From contig CAWDXF010000004.1 in assembly GCA_963806205.1 (NCBI GenBank), positions 121,521 to 185,520 of the forward strand: 64,000 nucleotides of DNA, written 5' to 3'. This DNA is from an uncultured Microthrixaceae bacterium. Lineage in GTDB: Bacteria > Actinomycetota > Acidimicrobiia > Acidimicrobiales > VFJN01. The number at the start of each line of letters is the position of its first letter. The stretch's first letter is position 1. This document shows positions 39,772 to 49,119 of this stretch, one piece after another. A program made the translations under genes and the position numbers. The notes below the pieces were generated by a model. The model saw only the letters and a list, made by a program, of their open reading frames with translations, was not told where the DNA came from and made no database searches.

Positions 39772-42298
39772 CTACTCGTAGCGGAGCGCGTCGAGCACCT
39801 CGACCCGCCCTGCCCGGCGGCTGGGGTAGTACGCGGCGGCCAGGGCCACGAGCACGGCGATCACGGCGTACTGGCCCACAGAGGCGAGGTCGACCACGTA
39901 GGGGTCCTTGTACCCGATGACCACCGGGGTGATCAGCACCATCGACAGGAACTGCACCAGGGAGAGCGCCCCGGTCACGATCACACCCAGGATCGCCACC
40001 AGCCCGGCTTCGGCCAGGATCATCCGCCGCAGCTCGGCCGGCGTCATGCCCACCGCGGCGAGCATCCCGAACTCCCGCTGTCGCTGGATGCCGACCAGCA
40101 GGAGCGTCGAGAGCACCGCGATGAAGCTCATGACGAGCAGGCCTCGCTGGACCGCGTTGAAGGTCGAGATCTGCTCGGCGATCTCACCCGTCACCCGCTC
40201 GACGACCTCGTCGGGCGTGCGCACCTCGATGGAAGGATCGAGCTCGGCCGCCTCGATCGCCGCGGCCAGCTGCTCGTTGCTGACGCCGTCGCTGGGCTGC
40301 ACGAGCACGGCGACGGGCGCCTCCTGCCCGTAGAGCTGTTGGATCAGCGAGAAGTCCATGAGGACGTTGCGGCCCCCGAAGTCGCCGTTGTAGACGACGG
40401 CCATCACCGGGAGCCGGACCGTCCCGTCCCGGGTCGGGAGCACGAGCTCGTCACCGGGGCGCAGGCGCTGGCTGCGGGCCAGGCCCGGTCCGATCGCCAC
40501 CTCGCCGGCCTCCAGCCCGGCGCGCGTGAGGCTGCCGGTGGCGACGCCCACGTCGAGCCACGGATCGGTGTACCCGCCGACGCCGATGAGGTCGCCCGGC
40601 TGGTTCCCCGCCACGAGGAACGCGGTGCGATCGATCGCGCGCACCTCGGGCAGGCGCTCGAGCTGCCTTGAGCACCGTCGAGCTGAGGCGCGCCTCGATG
40701 TTGACCGCGTTGTTGGGCTCCACGGCCGACACCTCGACGCCCTTCAGGTTCGCGGTGAGGCTCCTCGTCACCTCCTGCTTGATGGAGGTGTTCAGACTGC
40801 CGGTGACCACGCCCATGCCCATCGAGAACCCGACCGCGACCGCCATGACGCCCGTCCGGCGAGGTTCGCGGCGCAGGTTCGCCACCGCAAGGCGGCGTCG
40901 ACGCTCGGCGGAACGGGACGTGGAGGTCGATGAAGCGGAGCAGCACGGGCACCGCGGTCCCCACCAGGTAGATCCCCGGGAGCATCGTCGCAGAGGAACC
41001 CCGCCGGAGCGAGCGTCGACTGGTAGCGGGCGATGCCGCCGTTCCGCTGGGAGAGGAAGCTGAGGCCGACGCCCCCGGCCACCGCGACGGCTGCGGCCAG
41101 CAGGCGCCACACGGATGTGGACCGGGCCACCTCCTCGCGGCGGCCGCGACCGGCCAGCTCGGCCGCCACGTCGATGCGGACCGAGCGCCGGGCGGGGCCG
41201 AAGGAGGCGAGGGACGACACGCCGACCCCGACCGCGAGCCCGACGAACACGGCGTACGGCGTCGGCTGGATGTCCAGCGGAGATCCCCGCGATCTGCTGC
41301 ATGAAGTCGTCTAGCCCCCCCGAGATCGGGCGGGCGAGGACCAGCCCGCCGAGGATCCCGAGGCTGCCGCCGGCGAAGCCGAGCACGGCCGACTCGAGGA
41401 TCGTCCCCCAGACCAGGTGGGACCGGTTGCCGCCGAGCGCTCCCACGATCGCGGTCTGGCGCCGCCGTTCCTCCAACGAGAGCGTGATCGAGTTGCGCAC
41501 CAGGACACCGCCGATGCCGAGCGTGAGCAGCGACACCATCGTGAAGATCGGCAGGAAGTTCGCCGTGACCACGCCGATCAACGGTGGTGGGTCGAGCGCG
41601 TCGAGCACGACCACGGTCGGCCCGAGCTCGTCGTCGAGCTGCCGCTGCAGGTCGGCGATCCGCACGCCCGGGTCGGGGAGCACGTACACCAGGTCCACGC
41701 CGTCGCGCCGGCCGAGCTGGCGCTGCGCCTCCGGCAGGGACCAGGCCACGACCCGGCCCCCGTTCAGGCCGGTCGAGCTGCGTCAGGCCGATGGCGCCGG
41801 TCAGCGGGATCCGGCCGAGGTTGGTGCGGACCGCGGCGTCCGGTCCCACCTCGTCGAGCAGCGCGCTGCCGACGAAGGGTTGCTCGAGGGCCGATAGCGA
41901 ACGACGGGTTGCACCCGAAGTCGCGGAAGAGCGCCTCATGCGGCAGTCGAACCCGAGCGCCATCACCGGCGACGTCGTCGTCGTCGCCGGCCCCGCCTGC
42001 GTCGACGAGCGCGATGCCCTGCACCAGGGGGATGGCCGCCGCCACGCCGTCGGAGCCCTCGATCTGCTTGAACACGCTCGGCGAGATCCCGCCCTTCGAG
42101 AGGTTCCCCACGACCCGCAGGGGAGCGGGCCCGGCCAGGGCTCCGCCCGCCGTCGTCGACGGACTCCCGGAGGCTGGAGGTGATGACGAGGATCGACACC
42201 ACCAGGCTGGTCCCGGCACCCACGACGACCGCGGCGAGGATGGCCCGCAGCGGCTGCAGCCGCATCCGCCGCAGCGCGAGGAGCCGGATGACGCGCAC
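39772..42298 (-). pseudogene. FtsX/MacB-type ABC permease with two FtsX modules (about 840 codons); about 7 or more frame switches
   Basis: GTG 42298 begins [38 protein letters not shown]. The first FtsX module is [42 protein letters not shown] (ORF 40451-41749). The second N-terminal arm is [26 protein letters not shown]. The second FtsX module is [56 protein letters not shown] (ORF 39772-40644). Confidence 0.8.
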
Positions 42299-42306
42299 GG
42301 TTCGGC

Positions 42307-42968
42307 CTAGGTGATGTGGCCGTCGGTGAGGTACGTGCACGCGGTCGGCCCGGGCCGCGGCGTCCGGATCGTGGGTGACCATCAGCAGGGCGGCACCCTC
42401 CTGGCGCACCTCCTGCTCCAGCAGCGACAGGATCTCCGTGCCGTTGACGGAGTCCAGGTTGCCGGTGGGCTCGTCGGCCAGCAGCAGCCTCGGCCGGGCC
42501 ACGAGGGCCCGGGCGATCGCGGCGCGCTGCGCCTCGCCGCCGGACAGCTCGCCCGGCAGGTGGGTCATCCGGTGCCCGATGCCGACCCGGTGGAGGAGGT
42601 CGGGGCCGCGGCCGTCGCGCTTGCACCCCGTCGAGGAGCAGCGGCAGCTCGACGTTCTCCAGCACGTTCAGGGTCGGGATCAGGTGGAAGAACTGGAACA
42701 CGAAGCCGATCTCCCGGCGCCGCATCCGCGAGCGGTCGGTGATGCTCAGCCCGCCGACGTCCCGGCCGTCGAAGTAGACGGTGCCGGAGTCGGCGACGTC
42801 GAGGCCCCCGGCGAGGTGCAGGAGCGTGGACTTGCCCGACCCGCTCTTGCCCACGAGGGACACCAGCTCCCCCTCGCGCACGCTGAGATCGATCCCGTCG
42901 AGCGCCACGACCTCGCGCGAGCCCGCGGTGTACCGCTTCGACACGCGTTCGAAGCGGAGCAACGCCAC
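42307..42968 (-). pseudogene. MacB/LolD-type ABC ATP-binding protein; 2 frame switches
   Basis: GGAGGTGA lies 4 nt before GTG 42968. Walker A is GKSGSGKST, in the ORF 40404-44327 frame. The signature LSGGEAQR and Walker [13 protein letters not shown] lie in ORF 41963-42568. The end ..LTDGHIT-TAG at 42307 lies in another frame. Confidence 0.85.
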
Positions 42969-43006
42969 GCCTTCACCTCCCGCTGGTGGACTCCGGACCG
43001 GGAACG

Positions 43007-43682
43007 CTAGAGCAGCGGGCGCGAGCTCGTCGTCCTCGATGCGGCGGAACGCGCGGCGCCCGTTGGTGCGTGACAGCACCGCCACCTCGAGCTCCGGTGC
43101 GGTGAGCGTCCGGTCGGGGCCGGCCAGCGCGCCCACGGCGGCCTGCGCGGCACCGGCCAGGTCCAGGTCGGGCTGGTAGGCCGCCTCCAGTCGGGCGGTG
43201 ATCGCCTCGGCGTCGCCGCCGATCACGCTGTAGCGGTCCTCGTCCACCACCGAGCCGTCGTAGAGGATGTGGAAGACCTGGTCGTCGGCCGACGTCTCCC
43301 CCACCTCCGCCACGAGGATCTCGACCTCCATGGGCTTCATCTCGTGGGTGAAGATCTGGCCGAGCATCTGCGCATAGGCGTTGGCCAGGCTGCGGGCATC
43401 GACGTCCTCGCGGCTGTAGCTGTAGCCCGTGAGGTCCGCGTGGCGGACCCCGGCGATCCGCAGCTGGTCGAACTCGTTGTAGCGACCCACCCCGGCGAAG
43501 GCGATGCGGTCGTAGATCTCGCTCACCTTGTGGAGGGTGGCCGAGGAGTTCTCCGCCACGATGAGGATGCCGTCGGGGTAGAGCACGGCCACCGCGCTGC
43601 GGCCCCGGGCGATCCCCTTCCGGGCGTAGTCCGCCCGGTCCTTCATCACCTGCTCCGGCGCGACGTAGAACGGCAGGCTCAT
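43007..43682 (-). pseudogene. prcA: 20S proteasome alpha subunit PrcA; the stop codon is out of frame as sequenced
   Basis: [82 protein letters not shown] lies in ORF 40404-44327. The ORF reads through into the ABC ATPase. A TAG at 43007-43009 in the adjacent frame would give ..[11 protein letters not shown]. Confidence 0.85.
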
Positions 43683-44487
43683 GCGGTGGGCTCCGTCCCG
43701 CCGGTCTGCCTGCGCGGTGAGCTGGACGAGCAGCGTCTCGAAGCGGGTGCGGATGTCGTCGTCGCCGATCCGCTCGAAGCCGTCCCGGGTGATGGTGGCC
43801 ACCACCGGGAAGATCCCCCGCACCAGGTCCGGCCCGCCGGTCGCTGAGTCGGCGTCGGCCGCCTGCCACAGCGCGTGCAGCGCGAGGTCGATGACCGCGT
43901 CGACGCCCAGCCCCTCACGGAAGCCGAGCTTCACCACCGTGCCCGCGTGCAGGCTGCCGGAGCCGGTGCTCGCGTGGTCGGCCTCCTCGTAGCGGCCGCC
44001 GGTCACGTCGTACTGGAACAGCCGCCCCTGGCCGCGGCGCAGGTCGAAGCCCGCGAACAGGGGCACGACCGCGAAGCCCTGGATCGCGGCAGGCAGGTGG
44101 TTGCGCACCATCGTCGCGAGCTGGTTGGCCTTGCCCTCGAGGCTGAGCTGCGAGCCCTGCACCTTCTCGTAGTGCTCGAGCTGGAGCTGGAAGAGCTTCA
44201 CCATGTCCATGGCCGGTCCCGCCGCGCCCGCGATGGCCACGCCGCTGTGCCGGTCGGCGGGGAACACCTTCTCCATGGTCCGGTGCGAGATGAGGTTGCC
44301 CGCAGTGGCCCGCCGGTCACCCGCCATGAGGACGCCCTCGGTCGTACCGCACGGCCACCACCGTCGTGGCGTGGCTGATGTCCAGGGCCGCCCCGTCCGG
44401 GAGCGCGTCCGCGGGCCGGATCCGCTTGAGCAGGTCGACGAAGCTCGGGCCGGGATCGTCGGAGGCCGTGAAGATCGGCAAGGTCAT
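43679..44487 (-). pseudogene. prcB: 20S proteasome beta subunit PrcB (propeptide + Thr-1 active site); 2 frame switches
   Basis: ATG 44487 begins [36 protein letters not shown], a 57-codon frame ending in TGA. The sequence continues as (E)[25 protein letters not shown].. in ORF 40404-44327. The expected stop is the TGA of the ATGA overlap with prcA (43679-43682), which lies in another frame. Confidence 0.85.
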
Positions 44488-45023
44488 ACAGCGGCGAGGC
44501 TAGCCACGGATCGCCGTAACGACGGTCGCCTCGTCCTCTGCAGGTAGTCGATGGCCCGCTGCAACAGGTCCGGATCGTCCCGGAGCTTGCCGAGCCCGTG
44601 GTTGCAGTCGATGCAGAGGATCCCCCGCAGATGCCCGTGCTCATGGTCGTGATCGAGGTGCAAGGACGCCAGCCGTTCGGGCTGCATCCCGCAGATCGCG
44701 CACCCTCCGCCCTGGGCGGTGAGCATCCCGTCCACCTCGTCCGCCGAGATCCCGTAGGTGCGCAAGTAGTAGGCATCCCGCTGGCGGCGCTTCACCTCGG
44801 GGAGCGTGTTCCTCTCGCGTCGGTACGCGTTCAACCGATCGGCGTTCTCCTGCTGCCAACGCTTGACCATCGCCTTGTACTTGGCAGGATCGGCGGCATA
44901 ACGCGCTCGCTTCGCCGATCGGTGGCAGGCCTTGCAGTCGTTGCGATGACCGTCGCGCATCCCCTTCATCCGATAGAAGTCGTCGAAGGGCTTCAGCTCC
45001 CCGCAGACGACGCATCGCTTCAC
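44484..45023 (-). CDS. HNH endonuclease of the recombination endonuclease VII type, with an N-terminal Cys4 finger
   Basis: Intact 179 aa. The N-terminal finger is CVVCG..x21..CKAC. The core is CAICG..LHLDHDHEHGHLRGILCIDCNHGLG. The TGA overlaps the prcB ATG (ATGA). Three 60-nt samples gave 58-67% GC, against about 70% in the adjacent prcB. Confidence 0.8.
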   Translation of the reverse strand: MKRCVVCGELKPFDDFYRMKGMRDGHRNDCKACHRSAKRARYAADPAKYKAMVKRWQQENADRLNAYRRERNTLPEVKRRQRDAYYLRTYGISADEVDGMLTAQGGGCAICGMQPERLASLHLDHDHEHGHLRGILCIDCNHGLGKLRDDPDLLQRAIDYLQRTRRPSLRRSVASLAAV

Positions 45024-45078
45024 GCTTGGAGGCTACGCGCGGGGTAGGACATGGCCCGGAAGGCCAGATCTCGAGGGT

Positions 45079-45273
45079 CTATTGCCCGCCTTTTTGCACG
45101 TAACTTTTAACGAAGTCCTCTGCGTTCGACTCGAGGACCTCGTCGATCTCGTCGAGGAGGTCGTCGAGCTCGGCCTTGATCTTCTCGCCCTGCTCGGACT
45201 TCGCGGGGACGTCCTCGACGACCTCGTCGGCCTTGGCGGGCGCCTGCTTCTTCTTCTGCTCTCGCTCGGCCAT
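45079..45273 (-). CDS. pup: prokaryotic ubiquitin-like protein Pup (C-terminal GGQ)
   Basis: 64 aa: [47 protein letters not shown]. Confidence 0.95.
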   Translation of the reverse strand: MAEREQKKKQAPAKADEVVEDVPAKSEQGEKIKAELDDLLDEIDEVLESNAEDFVKSYVQKGGQ

Positions 45274-45291
45274 GGTGACCCTTCGATACTC

Positions 45292-46805
45292 CTATTGCCC
45301 GAGCTTGTCGAGCAGATCTGCGGCGCTCGTGCACCCGTCGATGAGGCTACCCACATGGGCGTGGGTTCCACGCAACGGCTCCATCATCGGCACGCGGCGG
45401 AGCGGATCGCCACCGACATCGAAGACCAGGGAGTCCCAGTTGGCGGCCACGATGCTCTCGGGCCAGCGCTGGAGGCAGCGGCCGCGGAAGTAGGCCCGGG
45501 TGTCCAGGGGGGGCTGGGTGACGGCGATGTCGACCTCCTCGTCGGTGGTGATGCGATCGAGGCCCACCCGGGCCGCGAGGGATCTTATCGGCACGGAGGT
45601 CGTGGTACTGGAGGTCCATGGCGGCAAGGCGGGCGTCGTCCCAGCGGAGGCCGTGGCGCTCGCGGTAGCCGTCGATGAGGCGGTGCTTGGCCACCCAGTC
45701 GACCTGGGCGGCGAGGCTGCCGGGGTCGGTCTCGAGGCCGCTGAGGACCTCCTCCCAGCGTCGCAGGACCTGGCCGCCGATGTCGTCGCCGCCGATGCAC
45801 TCGAGGCCGCGCTCCTCGGCGAGCTTGCGGGCGCGGTCCAGGTACTCCCACTGCACCTCGAGGGCGGTCATGCGGGAGCCGTCGGCCAGCTCGATGGGCT
45901 CGGCCAGCGTGAGGTCGTAGGAGACGCGCCGGAGGGCCTGGACCGGCCGGGCCGGGAGGAGGTCGCGGCGCAGCCAGTCGTCCTCGATCATCGACAGCAC
46001 GAGCGCCGTGGTGCCCACCTTGAGGAAGGTGGCGACCTCGGACATGTTGGCGTCGCCCACGATCACGTGGAGGCGCCGGTACTTCTGCGCGTCGGCATGG
46101 GGTTCGTCGCGGGTGTTGACGATGGGCCGCTTGAGCGTCGTCTCGAGGCCGACCTCCTCCTCGAAGAAGTCGGCGCGCTGGGTGAGCTGGAACGGCACGT
46201 CCTCGTGCGTGAGACCGGCGGCCTCGGTGCCGACCTTGCCGGCGCCGGTGAAGATCTGCCGGGTGATGAGGTGGGGCATGGCGTTGGCCACGATCTTCGA
46301 GAACGGGACCTGGCGGTCCATGAGGTAGTTCTCGTGGCAGCCGTAGCTGTTGCCCTTGCGGTCCGAGTTGTTCTTGTAGACGACCAGCTCCTGACCCTCG
46401 GGCAGCACGCTGGCGGCCGCCCGCATCGAGCGCTGGAGGATGAGCTCCGCGGCGCGGTCGTAGACGACGACGGTGCGCGGGTCGGCGCACTCCGGGGTGC
46501 TCAGCTCGGGATGGGCGTGGTCGACGTAGTACCGGGCGCCGTTGGTGAGCACCGCGTTCACCAGGTGGGTCTCCACCTCCGGTGGCATCGTGCCGTCCGC
46601 GCGTGAACCCGCGGGCGTCGTTGCCGGGGTGCTCGTCCTCGAAGTCCCATCCGACGCGCGCGGGACCGGACTGCGACGAGGCGCGAGCCAGCTCCTGGAC
46701 GTAGGCGTTGATCAGCACCGAGGAGGCGGCGATCGGGTTGGATTCGCCGCCCCGCACGAGGATGCCGTACTCGGTCTCGATCCCGAGCACCTTCCTCAGG
46801 GCCAC
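45292..46805 (-). pseudogene. dop: Pup deamidase/depupylase Dop; 2 frame switches (about 46590 and 45590)
   Basis: MALRKVLGIETEYGILVRGG.. lies in ORF 45585-46805. ..[49 protein letters not shown] lies in ORF 45347-46588. The C-terminus ..AYFRGRCLQRWPESIVAANWDSLVFD..LLDKLGQ lies in ORF 45292-45627. The gene sits between mpa and pup. Confidence 0.9.
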
Positions 46806-46825
46806 GCCTGGCTCCTCCCCCGCCC

Positions 46826-48646
46826 CTACAGGTACTGGCCGGTCGTCACCCGTTCGATCGACCGGCCCCCCTGGGGCGCCGAGTCGGCCTCGCGCTGGAC
46901 GATCGTGCGCACGTAGACGATCCGCTCGCCCTTCTTGCCCGAGATCTTCGCCCAGTCGTCCGGGTTCGTGGTGTTGGGCAGGTCCTCGTGCTCCTTGTAC
47001 TCCTGGTGGATCGAGGCGACGAGGTCCTCCACCCGGATGCCGCGGGTGCCGCCCTCCAGGAGGCGCTTGATGGCGAGCTTCTTGGCCCGCCGCACGATGT
47101 TCTCGATCATGGCCCCGGACGCGAAGTCCTTGAAGAACATGATCTCCTTGTCGCCGTTCTGGTACGTGACCTCCAGGAACTGGTTGCCCTCGTCGGTCCG
47201 GTACATCTCGGCGGCGGTGGACTCGATCATCGACTGCACGGCCTTGGCGGGATCGCCCCCGCCGAGGGTCCGCACGGTGTCCTCGTCGAGGGGCAGGTCC
47301 GCCGTGAGGTAGCGGGCAAAGATCTGGGCGGCCGCCTCCTCGGTGGGCCGCTCGATCTTGATCTTCACGTCGAGCCGGCCGGGCCGGAGGATGGCGGGAT
47401 CGATCAGGTCCTCGCGGTTGGACGCGCCGATCACGATCACGTTCTTGAGCGACTCGACGCCGTCGATCTCCACGAGGAGCTGCGGCACGATCGTCGACTC
47501 CATGTCGGAGGAGATCCCGGTGCCGCGGGTGCGGAACATCGAGTCCATCTCGTCGAAGAAGATGATGACCGGCCAGCCCTCCTCGGACTTCTCCCGCGCC
47601 CGCTGGAACACGAGCCGGATCTGCCGCTCGGTCTCGCCGACGTACTTGTTGAGGAGCTCGGGGCCCTTGATGTTGAAGAAGTAGGAGCGGGCCGCGTCGC
47701 CGGTCACGGCGGCGACCTTCTTCGCCAGGCTGTTGGCCACGGCCTTCGCGATCAGGGTCTTGCCGCAGCCGGGAGGGCCGTAGAGGAGGATGCCCTTCGG
47801 CGCCGGGAGCTTGTGCTCGGCGAACAGGTCCTGGTGGAGGTACGGGAGCTCGACCGCGTCGGCGATCTGCTCGATCTGCTCGTCGAGGCCGCCGATGTCC
47901 TCGTAGTCGATGTCCGGCACCTCCTCGAGGGCCAGCTCCTCCACCTCGGGCCGGGGGAGCTTCTCGAGGATGAGCCCCGAGCGGGGGTCCAGCAGGAGCG
48001 TGTCACCGCTGCGGAGGGTCACGTCCTGGAGGGCGTCGATGAGCTCGACGACCCGCTCCTCGTCGGCCCGGCCGACGATCAGGGCCCGGGCCCCCTCGAT
48101 GCGCTCCTTGAGCGTGACCACCTCGCCGGTGACCTCGGCGCCGCGGGACAGGACGACGTTGAGCGACTCGTTGAGCACGACCTCGGCGCCCCGGGTGAGG
48201 GGCTCGTCGCCGAGCTCGGGGTGCACGGCCACCCGGACCTTGCGGCCGCCCGTGAACACGTCGACCGTGCCGTCGTCGTTGGTGCCCACGACGGTGCCGT
48301 AGGCGGACGGCGGCTGGGTCAGCTTGTCGACCTCCTCGCGGAGGGCCGCGATGTGGTCGCGGGCCTCCCGCAGGGTGTAGGTCAGCTTCTCGTTCTGCGA
48401 GACGGCCTGGGACAGCTGGCCCTTCGTCTCGAGCAACCGCTCCTCCAGGGTCCGCACGCGCTTCGGGGCGTCCTGGAGCCGCCGGCGGAGGGAGAGGACC
48501 TCGTCCTCGAGGGTGCGCGCGTGCTCCTGCAGCTCCGCCAGCTCGCTTCCGCCGCTCGAGCGCTCGTCGGACTCGTCGACGGGGACCACCTCCCTCGGAT
48601 CGTCGCTCCCGCGGGACCCTACTACCGCGTGCCCCCGGAACAGCAC
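46826..48646 (-). CDS. mpa: proteasome-associated AAA ATPase Mpa/ARC
   Basis: The ORF is intact. It has a coiled-coil N-terminus, Walker A GPPGCGKT, Walker B IIFFDEMD and the C-terminal GQYL. The start is uncertain. GTG 48646 has no SD sequence, and an internal GTG (VVPVDESDE..) follows GAGGGAGG. Confidence 0.9.
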   Translation of the reverse strand: MLFRGHAVVGSRGSDDPREVVPVDESDERSSGGSELAELQEHARTLEDEVLSLRRRLQDAPKRVRTLEERLLETKGQLSQAVSQNEKLTYTLREARDHIAALREEVDKLTQPPSAYGTVVGTNDDGTVDVFTGGRKVRVAVHPELGDEPLTRGAEVVLNESLNVVLSRGAEVTGEVVTLKERIEGARALIVGRADEERVVELIDALQDVTLRSGDTLLLDPRSGLILEKLPRPEVEELALEEVPDIDYEDIGGLDEQIEQIADAVELPYLHQDLFAEHKLPAPKGILLYGPPGCGKTLIAKAVANSLAKKVAAVTGDAARSYFFNIKGPELLNKYVGETERQIRLVFQRAREKSEEGWPVIIFFDEMDSMFRTRGTGISSDMESTIVPQLLVEIDGVESLKNVIVIGASNREDLIDPAILRPGRLDVKIKIERPTEEAAAQIFARYLTADLPLDEDTVRTLGGGDPAKAVQSMIESTAAEMYRTDEGNQFLEVTYQNGDKEIMFFKDFASGAMIENIVRRAKKLAIKRLLEGGTRGIRVEDLVASIHQEYKEHEDLPNTTNPDDWAKISGKKGERIVYVRTIVQREADSAPQGGRSIERVTTGQYL

Positions 48647-48660
48647 GAGGGTTTGTTCCG
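48636..48660. promoter_or_regulatory. perfect 7-bp inverted repeat CGGAACA-N11-TGTTCCG spanning the annotated mpa start
   Basis: Read directly. It lies at the edge of the most AT-rich patch of the window (gtgtttattcatgg), in the mpa/ferredoxin divergent region. Confidence 0.35.
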
Positions 48661-48740
48661 AAGTTGCCGTGTTTATTCATGGGTGGGATAGGCTGCCCGG
48701 GAGTCGCAACCACCGTCTCAACACCCGAGGTAGCCCCACC

Positions 48741-48977
48741 ATGAAGGTCTGGATCGACCAGGATCTCTGCACCGGCGACGGCCTGTGCGAGGAGATCGCA
48801 CCGGCCGTGTTCACGCTCCTCGATGACGGTCTCGCGTACGTCAAGGACGGGGACAAGGTCCTCTCCGATCCGGGTGGCGCCGAGGGCATCGCGCCCGTCC
48901 CCGCCGGGCAGGAGGAGGCCACCATCGAGTCGGCCGAGGAGTGCCCCGGGGAGTGCATCTTCATCGAGGTCGAGTAG
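48741..48977 (+). CDS. small single-cluster ferredoxin
   Basis: MKVWIDQDLCTGDGLCEEIAP..AEECPGECIFIEVE, 78 aa, from ATG 48741 within ORF 48513-48977. Confidence 0.8.
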   Translation: MKVWIDQDLCTGDGLCEEIAPAVFTLLDDGLAYVKDGDKVLSDPGGAEGIAPVPAGQEEATIESAEECPGECIFIEVE

Positions 48978-49011
48978 CAGCGCGCCGCGGTCGCGGCACG
49001 ATCGATCATCG

Positions 49012-49036
49012 CGATGGGGCCCGCGTGGCCCCATCG
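49012..49036 (+). terminator. hairpin downstream of the ferredoxin gene
   Basis: cgatggggcc cgcgt ggccccatcg: a perfect 10-bp stem with a 5-nt loop, 35 nt after the stop. There is no U-tract. Confidence 0.4.
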
Positions 49037-49119
49037 TCGCGTCCGGGGTCGGCCCGGGCCTCGGCGGGTAGCCTGCCCGCCGTGACCGCACGACGTCGCG
49101 CCGCTGCCGGAGGGCCCCC

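Noticed and set aside
43670-43700. An in-frame PrcB-PrcA fusion (..[20 protein letters not shown]..), which would be a novel single-chain 20S subunit.
   Set aside because: The canonical overlapping stop/start ATGA is present but one frame off. Given about one indel per kb in this window, a single-base error in the last ~10 codons of prcB is the simpler explanation.
40404-44327. A 1307-aa ORF that would encode a PrcB-PrcA-ABC-ATPase-permease polyprotein.
   Set aside because: Each junction has the expected stop in a neighbouring frame. The prcB/prcA junction has its ATGA at 43679-43682, and prcA has a TAG at 43007-43009, followed by a GGAGGTGA site and GTG 42968. Downstream of the ATPase Walker A block the ORF mostly turns into Arg/Pro-rich nonsense, broken only by short conserved permease stretches. 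It is therefore read-through caused by indels, not a real fusion.
35308-48740. PafBC-associated promoter motif (TGTCGG-N8-TANNNT, as I remember it) or LexA box (GAAC-N4-GTTC) upstream of the paf, prc or mpa genes.
   Set aside because: All TGTCGG/CCGACA occurrences I found by eye lie inside coding sequence without a correctly spaced -10. No GAAC-N4-GTTC was seen in the intergenic regions. The search was manual and may have missed sites.
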